DNA of 64,000 nucleotides from Thermodesulfobacteriota bacterium (GTDB lineage Bacteria > Desulfobacterota_D > UBA1144 > Nemesobacterales > Mycalebacteriaceae): NCBI GenBank assembly GCA_965226585.1, contig OZ245366.1:1120001-1184000 (forward strand), in the 5' to 3' direction. The position numbers and the translations under genes are program-made. The notes under the pieces were generated by a model. It saw only the letters and a program-made list of their open reading frames with translations. It did not search any database and was not told the origin of the DNA. This document shows positions 1 through 10,182 of this stretch, piece after piece (positions within the stretch are counted from its first letter, which is position 1; each line of letters starts with the position of its first letter).

Positions 1-200
1 AGCTTTTTCATTCCCGCGGCAATCGCCCCCGAAGACACTATGATGACACGCGTTCCCTGCTCGCGCAGACGGGAAACCTCATCCGCGATGGAGCCGAACA
101 CGTCTTCGTTCAAGCCGCCGTTTGAGACAAGAACACTGCTTCCTATCTTTATGACAGCGGTTTTAACCCGCGAAAAAAACTTTCTGTTTGTCTCCGGCAT
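1..200 (-). CDS. proB: glutamate 5-kinase, N-terminal part (runs off window start)
   Basis: Manual translation from ATG at 200: MPETNRKFFSRVKTAVIKIGSSVL...VIIVSSGAIAAGMKKL. The KIGSS and VSSGAIAAG motifs are typical of ProB. Confidence 0.9.
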   Translation of the reverse strand, partial: MPETNRKFFSRVKTAVIKIGSSVLVSNGGLNEDVFGSIADEVSRLREQGTRVIIVSSGAIAAGMKK

Positions 201-230
201 TTGCGTCTCCGGCGCGGCTTTGCGGGATGA

Positions 231-259
231 TTGACAGCCCCCGGCGCCGGTGGTATTTT
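231..259 (+). promoter_or_regulatory. sigma70-type promoter of tRNA-Gly(CCC)
   Basis: TTGACA-17nt-TATTTT with a TG extension, 26 nt upstream of the tRNA. Confidence 0.6.
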
Positions 260-285
260 CCCTCTTTGCGGTCAAAAGTAAAATC

Positions 286-359
286 GCGGGAGTAGCTCAG
301 TTGGTCAGAGCATTTGCTTCCCAAGCAAAGGGTCGCGGGTTCGAATCCCGTCTCCCGCT
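286..359 (+). tRNA. tRNA-Gly(CCC)
   Basis: GCGGGAG/CTCCCGC acceptor stem; anticodon arm TTTGC-TTCCCAA-GCAAA; GGTTCGAATCC T-loop. Confidence 0.96.
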
Positions 360-373
360 CGCCTTAAAACCTG

Positions 374-402
374 TTGACATAAAAACTTGCGGGGGATAGC
401 CT
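374..402 (+). promoter_or_regulatory. sigma70-type promoter of tRNA-Gly(GCC)
   Basis: TTGACA-17nt-TAGCCT just upstream of the tRNA. Confidence 0.55.
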
Positions 403-415
403 CATAGCCTTGAAT

Positions 416-489
416 GCGGGAGTAGCTCAGCTGGCTAGAGCGTTTCCTTGCCAAGGAAAAGGTCGCGGGTTCGAATCCCGTCTCCCGCT
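416..489 (+). tRNA. tRNA-Gly(GCC)
   Basis: Cloverleaf with anticodon arm TTTCC-TTGCCAA-GGAAA. Confidence 0.96.
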
Positions 490-492
490 CAC

Positions 493-1092
493 TTAACCGC
501 TCATCGGAACAAATCCGGGTTGAGACTCAACCCTCTTCACCCATCCGGTAACCGCCGTGTATTGAGAAATGTCAACCTCGCCCTCATGCGCGAGCGCGAC
601 GTACGGATAGCAGGCAATGTCTGCGATTGTGTAAGAGCCGGTGAGAAAATCCTTTCCCTCAAGGCAACCGTTTAGCACTTCAAGAGCCGCCCGCCCTTCC
701 GCGCGTTTTTGTTCAAGCGCGGCTGTATCGATCTTTTTAGAGGGATATTTTGTCCAGAAACGCGAGAGCGCGAGTGGTGTGTCCAGAGTGGTTTTCCCGA
801 AAACAACCCACTGGGCGGCTTTGCCGAAACCTTCCGGGTCTTCCGGCAGATACTTGTTCGGCGCAAACTTGCGTCCTATGTAGAACAGAAGCGCGTTTGA
901 CTCCCACATAACAAAATCGCCGTCCACAAGAACGGGTATTTTGCAGTTCGGGTTCAGTTTCCTGAACTCATCCGTCTGATGCTCGCCGCTGAAAATATCA
1001 ACATTCACCTTCTCATACTCCGCGCCGAGATGAGAAAGCAGAAGTTCGGATTTGTAAGCGTTGCCCGAAAGGGGATGGGTATAAAGTTTCAC
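493..1092 (-). CDS. glutathione S-transferase family protein
   Basis: KLNPNCKIPVLVDGDFVMWESNALLFY and TIADIACYPY GST motifs. Confidence 0.92.
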   Translation of the reverse strand: MKLYTHPLSGNAYKSELLLSHLGAEYEKVNVDIFSGEHQTDEFRKLNPNCKIPVLVDGDFVMWESNALLFYIGRKFAPNKYLPEDPEGFGKAAQWVVFGKTTLDTPLALSRFWTKYPSKKIDTAALEQKRAEGRAALEVLNGCLEGKDFLTGSYTIADIACYPYVALAHEGEVDISQYTAVTGWVKRVESQPGFVPMSG

Positions 1093-1583
1093 TCCTTAAC
1101 ATACCTCTCAAACTTTCCTTTCAGCGTATCCTCTCCCAGAATGGCGTCCAGAGTTTTTCTGTCGGGCAGTCCGTAGGTTACAACCGCTTTCAGGGAGCTT
1201 CTGCCGTTTGCCCCCTTTATTGAAGCCGAAACGCGGACTGTTCTGCCCTTCTCTTCAAGCACCTTCGCGCGCGCTTCAAGAGGCCCGTCAAATCCCACCG
1301 GAGACAAGTAGCGCATATCTATCCTCGTTGTAACGCCCAGTTTTCCAACCTTGTCAAACATCGCCCAGAAAGCGAGTTCGTCTATAATCGCGCATTGAAT
1401 GCCGCCGTGAAGAATCCCCGGAAATCCGTTGAAATGCCTCTCAGGGCTCACGGTTGTGAACACCTCTTCTGTTTCATCATCAGCGTAGAATTTGAGTTTC
1501 AAACCGAACTCGTTGCCGGGGTGGCAGGCAAAACAGTTGTTGCCCGGAAGGTCTATAAAAACGTTTTCTATCTCTCGCGGCAC
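1089..1583 (-). CDS. PaaI/hotdog-fold thioesterase
   Basis: CFACHPGNEFGL and GFPGILHGGIQCAIIDE motifs. Start reassigned to GTG at 1583, just after the gyrA stop. Confidence 0.85.
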   Translation of the reverse strand: MPREIENVFIDLPGNNCFACHPGNEFGLKLKFYADDETEEVFTTVSPERHFNGFPGILHGGIQCAIIDELAFWAMFDKVGKLGVTTRIDMRYLSPVGFDGPLEARAKVLEEKGRTVRVSASIKGANGRSSLKAVVTYGLPDRKTLDAILGEDTLKGKFERYVKE

Positions 1584-1590
1584 AGACGCC

Positions 1591-4152
1591 CTACTCTTCC
1601 TCTTCTCCGCCGTCCGGCTCTTCCGTGCCGGCGGGTTCGGCTCCGTTCGCGCCCTCAGGTTTGACATCTGATGCCCCGGAAGCGGCTTCTGTGCCGCTGC
1701 CCTCTTCGTCATCGTCCTCTCTCTCAACAACCCTTGCCGCCGCCGCTATGGTTTCGCCATCTTCAAGACGCACAATTCTCACGCCCTGCGCCACGCGCCC
1801 CGTGCTTCGTATCTCGCTCACGTTGACCCTTACAACCTTTCCGGCGGGCGTTGTGATGAGAATAAGCTGTGTTGCGTCCGTTACCTGAAAAGTGCCTATC
1901 ACCTTGCCGTTCTTCTGGGTTATATCAACGGTTTTCACGCCCTTGCCGCCGCGCCGTATCTGCCTGTAATTTGCCGCGCGCGTCCGCTTGCCGAAGCCCT
2001 TTTCCGTAACGGTAAGCATCTGCTGTGTTTCGGGGTCTTCCACAACTTCAAGGCTGACAAGATGGTCGCTCTGCTCCAGATTGAACCCTTTGACGCCCGC
2101 CGCCGCTCTTCCCATCGCGCGCACTTGAGACTCTTCAAAACGTATCGCCTTGCCTCCGTGAGACGACAGGAAAATCTCGCTCGACCCGTCTGTAACTCTC
2201 ACCGCGACAAGTTCATCGCCGTCTTTGATGTTGAGGGCGATTATCCCGCCCGAACGCGGACGCGAATACGCCATCAGGCTTGTTTTCTTCACAATGCCGC
2301 GCCGTGTTGCCATGAGGATAAATTTCCCCTCTTCAAACTTTTTCACCGGAAGCACGGCGGCAACCTTTTCGCCGTCACTCAGGTTGAGAAGGTTCACCAT
2401 CGCCCTGCCCTTTGCCGTTCTTCCCGCTTCGGGTATTTCGTAAACCTTCAGCCAGTGGCATCTGCCGTGATTTGTGAAGAAAAGAACATAGTTGTGGTTT
2501 GATGCCGTGAACAGGTCTTCAACAAAATCGCTCTCGCGGGTTGTCATTCCCTTTTTGCCTTTGCCGCCGCGCCGCTGGCTTCTGTAAATGCTGAGCGGCG
2601 TGGTTTTTATGTATCCCTCGTGCGAGATAGTTACCACCATATCCTCGTCTGAAATGAGGTCTTCAATTGATATTTCCTCAACGTTTCCAAGTATCTCCGT
2701 TCTTCTTTTGTCCGCGTATTTGCTTTTTATCTCAATCAGCTCTTCGCTGACGATTTTGAGAATCAGGTCTTCGTTGGCGAGAATCTTTTTGAGTTCCGCC
2801 ACGGTTTCAAGAAGTTCTTTTCTTTCTTCAAGGATTTTGTCTCTTTCAAGGGCGGTGAGACGCTGGAGCCTCATGTCAAGAATTGCCTGCGCCTGAATTT
2901 CGGAAAGAGAAAGTTTTTTCACAAGCCCGCCCTTTGCCTCTTCGGGGCTTTTGGATCCTCTTATCAGTTTGATAACTTCGTCCAGATTGTCGAGGGCTAT
3001 CTTCAGACCCTCAAGGATGTGGAGGCGCGCTTCGGCTTTTTGAAGTTCAAACAGCGTGCGGCGGATAACCACTTCCATGCGATGTTTTATAAACTCCGCA
3101 AGGGCGCGTTTGAGGCTCAGCACTTCGGGCTGGTTGCCGACAAGGGCAAGCATTATCACGCCGAAAGACGTGTCCATCTGCGTATTTTTGTAGAGTTGGT
3201 TGAGAATTACTTCCGCGTTTTCGCCCCTTTTGAGTTCAACCACAAGGCGTATTCCGTCTCTGTCTGATTCGTCTCTTATATCGCTTATGCCTTTGATTTT
3301 CTCTTCTTTGACAAGTTCCGCGATGCGTTCAATCAGTTTGACTTTATTAACCTGATAAGGGATTTCGCTTATCACAACGAGGCTTTTGTCGCCTTTTTTC
3401 TGTTTTTCTATCGCGGCGCGGGCGCGGATTTTGATTATCCCTCTGCCGGTTTCGTAAATCTCTTGCATGGGCGTACTGCCGTGGAGAAATCCGCCGGTCG
3501 GAAAGTCCGGACCGGGCATATGTTTTACGAGTTCAGCGGTTGTGATGTCCGGGTTTTTAATCTGCGCGGTAATGGCGTCAACAAGTTCGCCGAGGTTGTG
3601 CGGCGGTATGTTTGTTGACATTCCGACCGCGATACCTGCGGAGCCGTTCAGAAGCAGGTTGGGCAGTTTTGCCGGAAGCACGGCGGGTTCATGTTCTCCG
3701 CCGTCGTAGTTTGGAATGAAGTCAACGGTGTTTTTGTCAAGGTTGTCCAGAAGTTCGCCCGCTATTTTGTCAAGGCGGACTTCGGTGTATCTCATCGCGG
3801 CGGGCGGGTCTCCGTCCATTGAGCCGAAGTTGCCCTGTCCGTCAACAAGGGGGTAGCGCATGGAGAAATCCTGCGCCATTCTCACAAGTGTGTCGTAGAT
3901 TGCCGAATCGCCGTGAGGGTGAAATTTTCCCATCACTTCTCCGACTATTCTGGCGGATTTTTTGTAGGGTCTGTTCCAGGCGTTTCCGGCTTCGTGCATT
4001 CCGTAGAGAATACGTCTGTGAACGGGTTTCATTCCGTCTCTGACATCCGGCAACGCTCTGCCCACAATAACAGACATTGAGTAGGAGAGATAAGAGTCTT
4101 TCATCTCATCTTCGATGCTTGCGGGAAGGAAACGCGATTTGTCGTCTGCCAT
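1591..4152 (-). CDS. gyrA: DNA gyrase subunit A
   Basis: [20 protein letters not shown] catalytic Tyr, GyrA-box QRRGGKG, acidic tail. Confidence 0.98.
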   Translation of the reverse strand: MADDKSRFLPASIEDEMKDSYLSYSMSVIVGRALPDVRDGMKPVHRRILYGMHEAGNAWNRPYKKSARIVGEVMGKFHPHGDSAIYDTLVRMAQDFSMRYPLVDGQGNFGSMDGDPPAAMRYTEVRLDKIAGELLDNLDKNTVDFIPNYDGGEHEPAVLPAKLPNLLLNGSAGIAVGMSTNIPPHNLGELVDAITAQIKNPDITTAELVKHMPGPDFPTGGFLHGSTPMQEIYETGRGIIKIRARAAIEKQKKGDKSLVVISEIPYQVNKVKLIERIAELVKEEKIKGISDIRDESDRDGIRLVVELKRGENAEVILNQLYKNTQMDTSFGVIMLALVGNQPEVLSLKRALAEFIKHRMEVVIRRTLFELQKAEARLHILEGLKIALDNLDEVIKLIRGSKSPEEAKGGLVKKLSLSEIQAQAILDMRLQRLTALERDKILEERKELLETVAELKKILANEDLILKIVSEELIEIKSKYADKRRTEILGNVEEISIEDLISDEDMVVTISHEGYIKTTPLSIYRSQRRGGKGKKGMTTRESDFVEDLFTASNHNYVLFFTNHGRCHWLKVYEIPEAGRTAKGRAMVNLLNLSDGEKVAAVLPVKKFEEGKFILMATRRGIVKKTSLMAYSRPRSGGIIALNIKDGDELVAVRVTDGSSEIFLSSHGGKAIRFEESQVRAMGRAAAGVKGFNLEQSDHLVSLEVVEDPETQQMLTVTEKGFGKRTRAANYRQIRRGGKGVKTVDITQKNGKVIGTFQVTDATQLILITTPAGKVVRVNVSEIRSTGRVAQGVRIVRLEDGETIAAAARVVEREDDDEEGSGTEAASGASDVKPEGANGAEPAGTEEPDGGEEEE

Positions 4153-4281
4153 ATGTAAAAGTTCTCCGGGGTTCCGCCTTTTTGAGATTGGGAAAGGCGT
4201 TAATCGATAGTGATTATATTACAAACGGGGCGCGTAATCAATCGCCACGCTGTTACTCTTTTTCCCTGTCAACTCCTCTAT

Positions 4282-4424
4282 GTCATTCCGTGCTTGACAC
4301 GGAATCCAGTATTGTTTGTTGTGTAATACCGGATTCCTGCTTTCGCAGGAATGACGAGAGGGGGCAACGGAATGAGGGGTAGAACATAGGAATGACGGGA
4401 AACAAAAATGACGGGAGGGAATGA
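4282..4424. repeat. cruciform REP/MITE-like palindromic element, copy 1, with degenerate GGAATGAC tail
   Basis: GTCATTCCGTG-CTTGA-CACGGAATCC...GGATTCCTGC-TTTC-GCAGGAATGAC (4282-4355) followed by several (GG)AATGA(C) copies. A near-identical copy starts at 48785. Confidence 0.85.
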
Positions 4425-4427
4425 AAA

Positions 4428-4973
4428 TTGCGCATAATCACGGGTTCGGCTAAGGGCAGGAAACTTAAAACCGCTTCAAGCGGGGTGCGCCCTATGTCGG
4501 CACGGGTGAAAAAATCCGTCTTTGACACCCTTGGCAACTTGAACAATGCCGAAGTGCTGGACGTGTTTGCCGGTTCGGGCGCGCTTGGGATTGAGTGCGT
4601 CAGCAGAGGCGCAGGCTCGGCGGTGTTTGTTGAGAAAAACCAGAAAGTGGCAAACATTATCGGGCAAAACATCAAGGAATGCGGCTTTGAGGACAAATGC
4701 AAACTCATTCGCGCAGACTACAAAAAAGCGGCATCCATTCTGACTGAAAGCGGAAGAAAATTTGACATCATTTTTGTAATGCCCCCCTACGCCCTTTATA
4801 AAAAGGTTTCACGCGGGGAACTGGAAAAGTGTTTTTCGCCCCTGCTGTCGCAAAACGGCAGAATTGTAATAGAGTATGAAACAGACGGGGATGACGGAAA
4901 AGCGGAATCCGGCGTAAATCGCGTGACGAAAAAATACGGCGGAACAACCGTAAGCATCATTTCTGCGGGGTGA
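4428..4973 (+). CDS. rsmD: 16S rRNA m2G966 methyltransferase RsmD-like
   Basis: MRIITGSAKGRKL and LDVFAGSGALGIE motifs; conserved rsmD-coaD gene order. Confidence 0.88.
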   Translation: MRIITGSAKGRKLKTASSGVRPMSARVKKSVFDTLGNLNNAEVLDVFAGSGALGIECVSRGAGSAVFVEKNQKVANIIGQNIKECGFEDKCKLIRADYKKAASILTESGRKFDIIFVMPPYALYKKVSRGELEKCFSPLLSQNGRIVIEYETDGDDGKAESGVNRVTKKYGGTTVSIISAG

Positions 4974-5467
4974 AAATGAAAAGGACGGCTATATATCCGG
5001 GGTCTTTCGACCCGCTCACGCTCGGGCACATCAACATCATCGAGCGCGGCGCGGAGGTCTTTGACGAAATAACAGTCGCCGTGGCGCGGCAAATCTCCAA
5101 AAACGCAATCTTCTCGCCCGAAGAAAGAGTGGATATGGTTAAGCGTGCAACGAAAGGGAAAAAGAACATCAAGGTGGACAGTTTTGACGGTCTGCTTATG
5201 GATTACGCTTCATCAAAGGGAGCAAAAACGATACTCAGGGGAATGAGAAGCGTTTCGGATTTTGAATACGAGTTGCGCATGGCGACCGCGAACAAAGCAC
5301 TCAGCCCCGAAGTGGAAACGGTTTTTATGGTTACAGACGCAAAACACTCACACATAAGTTCATCGCTTATAAAAGAGATAGTTTCTCTGGGCGGCCCGGC
5401 AAAGGGATTTGTTTCCGGCTTCGTTGAGAAACGCTTGCGGGAAAAACTGCTGAAACAAAACGTTTGA
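4970..5467 (+). CDS. coaD: phosphopantetheine adenylyltransferase
   Basis: YPGSFDPLTLGH, RGMRSVSDFEYE, ISSSLIKE. Confidence 0.97.
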   Translation: MKMKRTAIYPGSFDPLTLGHINIIERGAEVFDEITVAVARQISKNAIFSPEERVDMVKRATKGKKNIKVDSFDGLLMDYASSKGAKTILRGMRSVSDFEYELRMATANKALSPEVETVFMVTDAKHSHISSSLIKEIVSLGGPAKGFVSGFVEKRLREKLLKQNV

Positions 5468-5477
5468 GGTTGGTAAA

Positions 5478-6674
5478 ATGGGCATAGAAGTCTCAAAAAA
5501 AGCGGCGGGAATAAAGCAATCCGCCACCCTCGCCATTACGGCGAAGGTGAAAGAGTTGAAAACTCAAGGCGTTGACGTCATCGGGTTCGGGGCGGGCGAG
5601 CCGGATTTCGACACGCCCGGAAACATCAAAGACGCCGGAATTGATTCCATCAAAGACGGATTTACCAAATACACCCCGGTCGGCGGAGTCGCGGAACTGA
5701 AAGACGCGATAATAGCGAGAATAAAGCAAGACTACGGAATTGAATACTCACAAAACGAAGTGATGGCATCGTGCGGGGCAAAACACACGCTCTACAACAT
5801 AGCGCAATCCGTTTTCAACCCGGGCGACGAAGTGATTGTGCCCGCGCCCTACTGGGTTTCCTATCCGGCGCAAATCGAACTTGCGGGAGCCGTTCCGGTG
5901 ATTGTTGAAACAAACATCAAAGAAGAGTTCAAACTCACGCCTCAGGCACTTGAAAAGAAAATCACCCCGAAAACACGCGCGCTGATACTGAACTACCCTT
6001 CCAATCCCACCGGGGCAACTTATGACGAAAAAGAGTTGAAAGCAATCGCCGAAACCGCCCTTGAAGCCGGAATGTGCGTTATATCGGATGAGATATACGA
6101 CAAAATTCTCTACGGCGGACGGACGCACACACCCGTTGCGGCGCTTGGCAAAAAGTTCAAAGAGAACTCCATTCTTGTCAACGGCGTTTCAAAAACCTAC
6201 TCAATGACGGGCTGGAGAATTGGCTACGCGGCGGGAGACAAAGACGTTATCGCGGCGATGTCCAGAATACAGGGGCAGAGCACCTCAAACCCGCCGTCAA
6301 TGGCTCAAGCGGCGGCAATTGAAGCCCTTTCGGGCAGTCAGGAAGTTACGGGCAGACGCGCTGAGGAGTTTGAACGCAGAAAAGATTTCATCACCTCAAG
6401 GGTGAAAGAGATGGGATTTGACTGCATGCCGCCTCACGGCGCGTTCTATATCTTCCCCTCAATAGAAAGCTTCATAGGGAAAAAATTCGGTGATAAAACA
6501 ATTACAGACAGCTTTGAGTTCACGGAGTTTCTGTTGAATCAGGCAAAAGTCGCAGTCGTTCCGGGCGTGGAGTTCGGGATGGAAAATCACGTCAGAATCT
6601 CCTACGCGACCTCAATGGAAAACATTGAGGAGGGAATGAACAGAGTGGAGAAGGCAGTCTCCGCCCTTTCCTGA
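5478..6674 (+). CDS. aspC: aspartate aminotransferase (class I PLP enzyme)
   Basis: GEPDFDTP, PSNPTG, SDEIY, SKTYSMTGWRIG. Confidence 0.93.
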   Translation: MGIEVSKKAAGIKQSATLAITAKVKELKTQGVDVIGFGAGEPDFDTPGNIKDAGIDSIKDGFTKYTPVGGVAELKDAIIARIKQDYGIEYSQNEVMASCGAKHTLYNIAQSVFNPGDEVIVPAPYWVSYPAQIELAGAVPVIVETNIKEEFKLTPQALEKKITPKTRALILNYPSNPTGATYDEKELKAIAETALEAGMCVISDEIYDKILYGGRTHTPVAALGKKFKENSILVNGVSKTYSMTGWRIGYAAGDKDVIAAMSRIQGQSTSNPPSMAQAAAIEALSGSQEVTGRRAEEFERRKDFITSRVKEMGFDCMPPHGAFYIFPSIESFIGKKFGDKTITDSFEFTEFLLNQAKVAVVPGVEFGMENHVRISYATSMENIEEGMNRVEKAVSALS

Positions 6675-6676
6675 AA

Positions 6677-7720
6677 GTGTCTTTCTCCGCCGCCATACCA
6701 CTCAGCCTGTCGGGAGAGTTCTCGGCTCTCGGAAACAAAGCCCTTGAGGGCGTCCAACTTTGGAAACTGTATGCGTCATCGCTTTCCGGGTGTCCGGTTG
6801 AGTTGACGGTTGAAGACGACGAAAGTTCTGAGCGAAAAGCCGGGGAGATAACGGAAAAGTTTTGCGCCGACAAAACGGTTGATGCCGTTTTTGGTCCGTA
6901 TTCAAGCCGCCTCACACTTGCCGCCGCAAAAGCCGCCCGGAAGTCGGGAAGAACACTCTGGAATCACGGCGGAGCGTCTGACGAGACAGACAAATACCCC
7001 AATATCATAAGCGCCATAACCCCCGCGGGCGGCTATTTCGCCCCCGCTGTTGAAATGATCTCAGGCGGCAAATCCGGGCGCGCGGTGATTGTGAGCGCGA
7101 AGGGAAGCGGATTTTCAAAAGCGGTTACGGACGGAGCGGAAAAGCTTGCCGCAGAGGCGGGAATAAAAGTTGCGCGTGTTGAGTACGACCGCTCAGAGGG
7201 CGCGGAGCGTGTTGCCGGTGAGTTGAAAAAAACCGACTCTCTTCTGTGTGCCGGAAGAATGGAGGACGACATCGCGCTTGCTGAGAAAATTCTCTCAATG
7301 AGCGGAAAACCGGCATTTCTCTGTTTTGTCGCGGCGGGAATTGACGAGTTCGGCGCAATCTTCGGAGAACGGGCGGAAGGCGTTCATTCGGTAAGCCAGT
7401 GGGAGGAGAGCGCCGCGCCGCAAGAGCCGGACTTCGGGCCCTCTCCGGCTGTGTTTGCAGGGCTTTTCCGCAAGCGGTACGGACATCCGCCCGACTATCC
7501 CGCCGCGCAGGCGTTCAACATCGGGCTTGTGGCTCAGAAATGCGCCGCGAGCGCGGGAACAACAGATGACGAATTGATGAGAAAAGCGGCGCTTGAACTG
7601 GATTTCACAACATTCTACGGCAGGTTCAAAACCGACGGACGCGGAAAACAGATTGGACACAAAACGGTCGTTACCCTCTGGCGCGGCGGGAGGCGGGTTG
7701 TCTTGAACGATGGCGGGTAA
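6677..7720 (+). CDS. LIV-type (periplasmic binding protein type I) ligand-binding protein, no evident signal peptide
   Basis: SLSGEF, VEDDES, FGPYSS, TFYGRFK segments typical of the LivJ-like family. Confidence 0.8.
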   Translation: MSFSAAIPLSLSGEFSALGNKALEGVQLWKLYASSLSGCPVELTVEDDESSERKAGEITEKFCADKTVDAVFGPYSSRLTLAAAKAARKSGRTLWNHGGASDETDKYPNIISAITPAGGYFAPAVEMISGGKSGRAVIVSAKGSGFSKAVTDGAEKLAAEAGIKVARVEYDRSEGAERVAGELKKTDSLLCAGRMEDDIALAEKILSMSGKPAFLCFVAAGIDEFGAIFGERAEGVHSVSQWEESAAPQEPDFGPSPAVFAGLFRKRYGHPPDYPAAQAFNIGLVAQKCAASAGTTDDELMRKAALELDFTTFYGRFKTDGRGKQIGHKTVVTLWRGGRRVVLNDGG

Positions 7721-7759
7721 GGAGAAATCCTATCGCGGTGAAGGGGTTTTTCCGAAATA

Positions 7760-7835
<76 letters not shown>

Positions 7836-7862
7836 AAAAACCGGTGTCAATCTTTCCTCTAA

Positions 7863-7935
7863 TGGAGGTGAGCGGGCTCGAACCGCCGACCTCCGGCTTG
7901 CAAAGCCGGCGCTCTCCCAACTGAGCTACACCCCC
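7863..7935 (-). tRNA. tRNA-Ala(TGC)
   Basis: Reverse complement GGGGGTGTAGCTCAG...CCGGC-TTTGCAA-GCCGG. Confidence 0.96.
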
Positions 7936-7987
7936 TTTAAGAAAAGTGAAAATATTCACTCTCCCTGTAATTCCAAACCATTTTCAA

Positions 7988-8062
<75 letters not shown>

Positions 8063-8075
8063 CCGCAAAGGGCAA

Positions 8076-8104
8076 AGTGTATAAACAATCGGGGAGAGTG
8101 TCAA
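8076..8104 (-). promoter_or_regulatory. promoter of the tRNA-Ile-Ala-Ala cluster
   Basis: TTGACA-17nt-TACACT on the minus strand. Confidence 0.7.
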
Positions 8105-8123
8105 AAACGGGCGGCGGGCGTTT

Positions 8124-8492
8124 TCACTTCTTCGTCAAATGCCATCCGTTGCCCGCAGGGCACTTGTAAACATCCAGCACAACTCCCCTTTTCCCTTTCA
8201 TTTGGCATACCCGCCGCGCTTCACCCTCTGTTTCGTAGATGTCTTTGTTGACGCCTTCAGCGCTTGTGCAATGCTCGCAGGTTTTTCCCGGCGCCTGCCC
8301 GCCGGGCCCTATGTGAAAATAGCCGCAATCTTTGCACGCGTAGGGGAAAAGTTCATAGCCGTATTCCGCTTTTGCGTAGTCCGCCCCTTCCCGCGCTTCG
8401 CTCCGCGAGCCATATTCTGTGAGAGCTCCGTTTGCGCCGAAGCATGTCTTGCTTTTTCTTCTCATCGCGTTCCATCCTCTGCGGAGAAACAT
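8124..8492 (-). CDS. hypothetical Cys/His-rich protein with internally duplicated motif
   Basis: Two copies of Y-x4-EA...YxCxx(C)xxx(F/W)H. Start may be the ATG at 8465. Confidence 0.65.
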   Translation of the reverse strand: MFLRRGWNAMRRKSKTCFGANGALTEYGSRSEAREGADYAKAEYGYELFPYACKDCGYFHIGPGGQAPGKTCEHCTSAEGVNKDIYETEGEARRVCQMKGKRGVVLDVYKCPAGNGWHLTKK

Positions 8493-8536
8493 TAAAACAA
8501 ATTGGATGGAGAGCCGTCAACTCTGAAACGGGGAAA

Positions 8537-10180
8537 TCAGGGATTTTGTTTGAAGCGCGAGGAAAGAATTTTCACTATCTCCGTCAGGCGGCTTTTAGCC
8601 GCGTAAATTGAATAGGAATAGACATGTCCGACTGGCGCGTAATTTTTCAGAAAAAAGGATTCGAAATCGTCTCTGAAAATCCGGTGAGAGGAAGGAAACA
8701 CTGATTCCATGGAAAACATCTCACCCTCTTTGTGGGCAAGGAGAAAAACATCAACTTTTTGCGATTCAAGAGCGGCAATCTGAACGGACATATAAGTTTC
8801 ATTCCAATCCTTGACGGGCTCCATCATAAAGTGGGGAAAATGCGAAAGCGCCCGCCCGTTTGGATAAATAAACGGTTGCCCCGCAATGTAGAGAGTATAG
8901 AGCGAAGAGTCGCTCGGCATGACTTCAACAACAAGCCCGTTAAGTAATTGTGATGTTTTCTTCATGTTTTTTTCAAAACTGTTCCAATACGTCCTTTCAC
9001 CAATAAATCGACCTCTCTGGTGCAGGGAAGTCTGCAAATAAGAAGGAGTGTCGTGAAAGGAAAAACATAAAGAGAGCGCCGAGGCGAAAATCCAGCCGCC
9101 GCAAATAAAAGCCGCGCGTTTCCCGATTCCCGCCAGAACCGCCCTCTGTCCGGCAAGAACCATAAGAGGCGGCATCATATAAAAAATATGATCATTTCCG
9201 CTTCCCCAGTCAGTTGCGGGACCTAAAAGAATAAACACGAAAGCAAAAGTCATGAGGGTTGCCGAAATAAAAACGGGTTTTTCCCGCCTTTCCCTTATTG
9301 CTCCGATAAGAACCGCAAGAACAACGGTTCCGCCAATCAGCGACCACGGAAGATGATTCCAGGATTTAACGCGGGTTCCCGAAAAAGCCTCAATCACTGC
9401 AAAGTACGCCTCAAGTGAAAAAGAGGGATGAAGGAAAGATACAAGAGCGAAAACAATGGAAAAACCCGCCGCTCCGGCAATCCAGAGAGTTCCGCGCTCA
9501 TAAATAACAAGGGGAATCAGCGCCATAACCCCTATCGCGCCGTGAGGTTTGCCAATGGCGCACATTGCGAGACCAAGCCCCGCCAAAAGCATTGAGACGG
9601 CGGAATTGCGTATTGAAAAAGCCGCAAACAGGGAAAGAGATATGCCGAACAAAAGAGACGCCTCTTTGAGTTCAAACCGGAGCGGAATCTGGAATAAAAT
9701 CAGGGCAAAAAGGCACAAAATTGCCGCAATGCCGGCGTTTGTTCCGAAACGCCTGAGGAATAAAATTGACATTAAAGCAATAAATCCCCAGAACATCAGA
9801 AGAGACGCCACGCCGTCTGCGGTAAACGGATTGTCAAAAAAAGGAATGAAAGCCGCGCCAATCAGAAAACTGTAAGGCCCGTACACCATCAGTTGCATAT
9901 CCCCCTGCGGTGAAGAAAAGAAAACCGGCTTCATCGCCGCAACTGCCTGAGAAAGCAGTGTTACGCTTGAGGGAGTGTGGTTGAGCCGGGTGGGAAATAT
10001 GGCATACCTTACGCTGTAATCAAGCATCCATATGGCGCAAACCGCAATCGCGATTATGGAAACAGTCCGGAAATTGTCAGATAAAAAACGCGGGAAAGAG
10101 TTTCGCGGGTCTGAGCGGAAAAGAAACCAGACACCCATAAAAAATGTAAAAACTGTAATCCAGACAAGCGACTGAGCCAT
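8537..10180 (-). CDS. polytopic membrane protein, probable GT-C-type glycosyltransferase
   Basis: Many hydrophobic segments, a YGPYS loop and a soluble C-terminal domain. Start reassigned to ATG 10180, next to the upstream stop. Function is inferred. Confidence 0.55.
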   Translation of the reverse strand: MAQSLVWITVFTFFMGVWFLFRSDPRNSFPRFLSDNFRTVSIIAIAVCAIWMLDYSVRYAIFPTRLNHTPSSVTLLSQAVAAMKPVFFSSPQGDMQLMVYGPYSFLIGAAFIPFFDNPFTADGVASLLMFWGFIALMSILFLRRFGTNAGIAAILCLFALILFQIPLRFELKEASLLFGISLSLFAAFSIRNSAVSMLLAGLGLAMCAIGKPHGAIGVMALIPLVIYERGTLWIAGAAGFSIVFALVSFLHPSFSLEAYFAVIEAFSGTRVKSWNHLPWSLIGGTVVLAVLIGAIRERREKPVFISATLMTFAFVFILLGPATDWGSGNDHIFYMMPPLMVLAGQRAVLAGIGKRAAFICGGWIFASALSLCFSFHDTPSYLQTSLHQRGRFIGERTYWNSFEKNMKKTSQLLNGLVVEVMPSDSSLYTLYIAGQPFIYPNGRALSHFPHFMMEPVKDWNETYMSVQIAALESQKVDVFLLAHKEGEMFSMESVFPSSHRIFRDDFESFFLKNYAPVGHVYSYSIYAAKSRLTEIVKILSSRFKQNP

Positions 10181-10182
10181 TC

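Noticed and set aside
1584..1730. Extended overlap of thioesterase with gyrA
   Set aside because: A GTG at 1583 with a purine-rich upstream region removes the overlap.
3890..3910. Quinolone-resistance changes in GyrA
   Set aside because: HGDSAIYD has the wild-type Ser and Asp.
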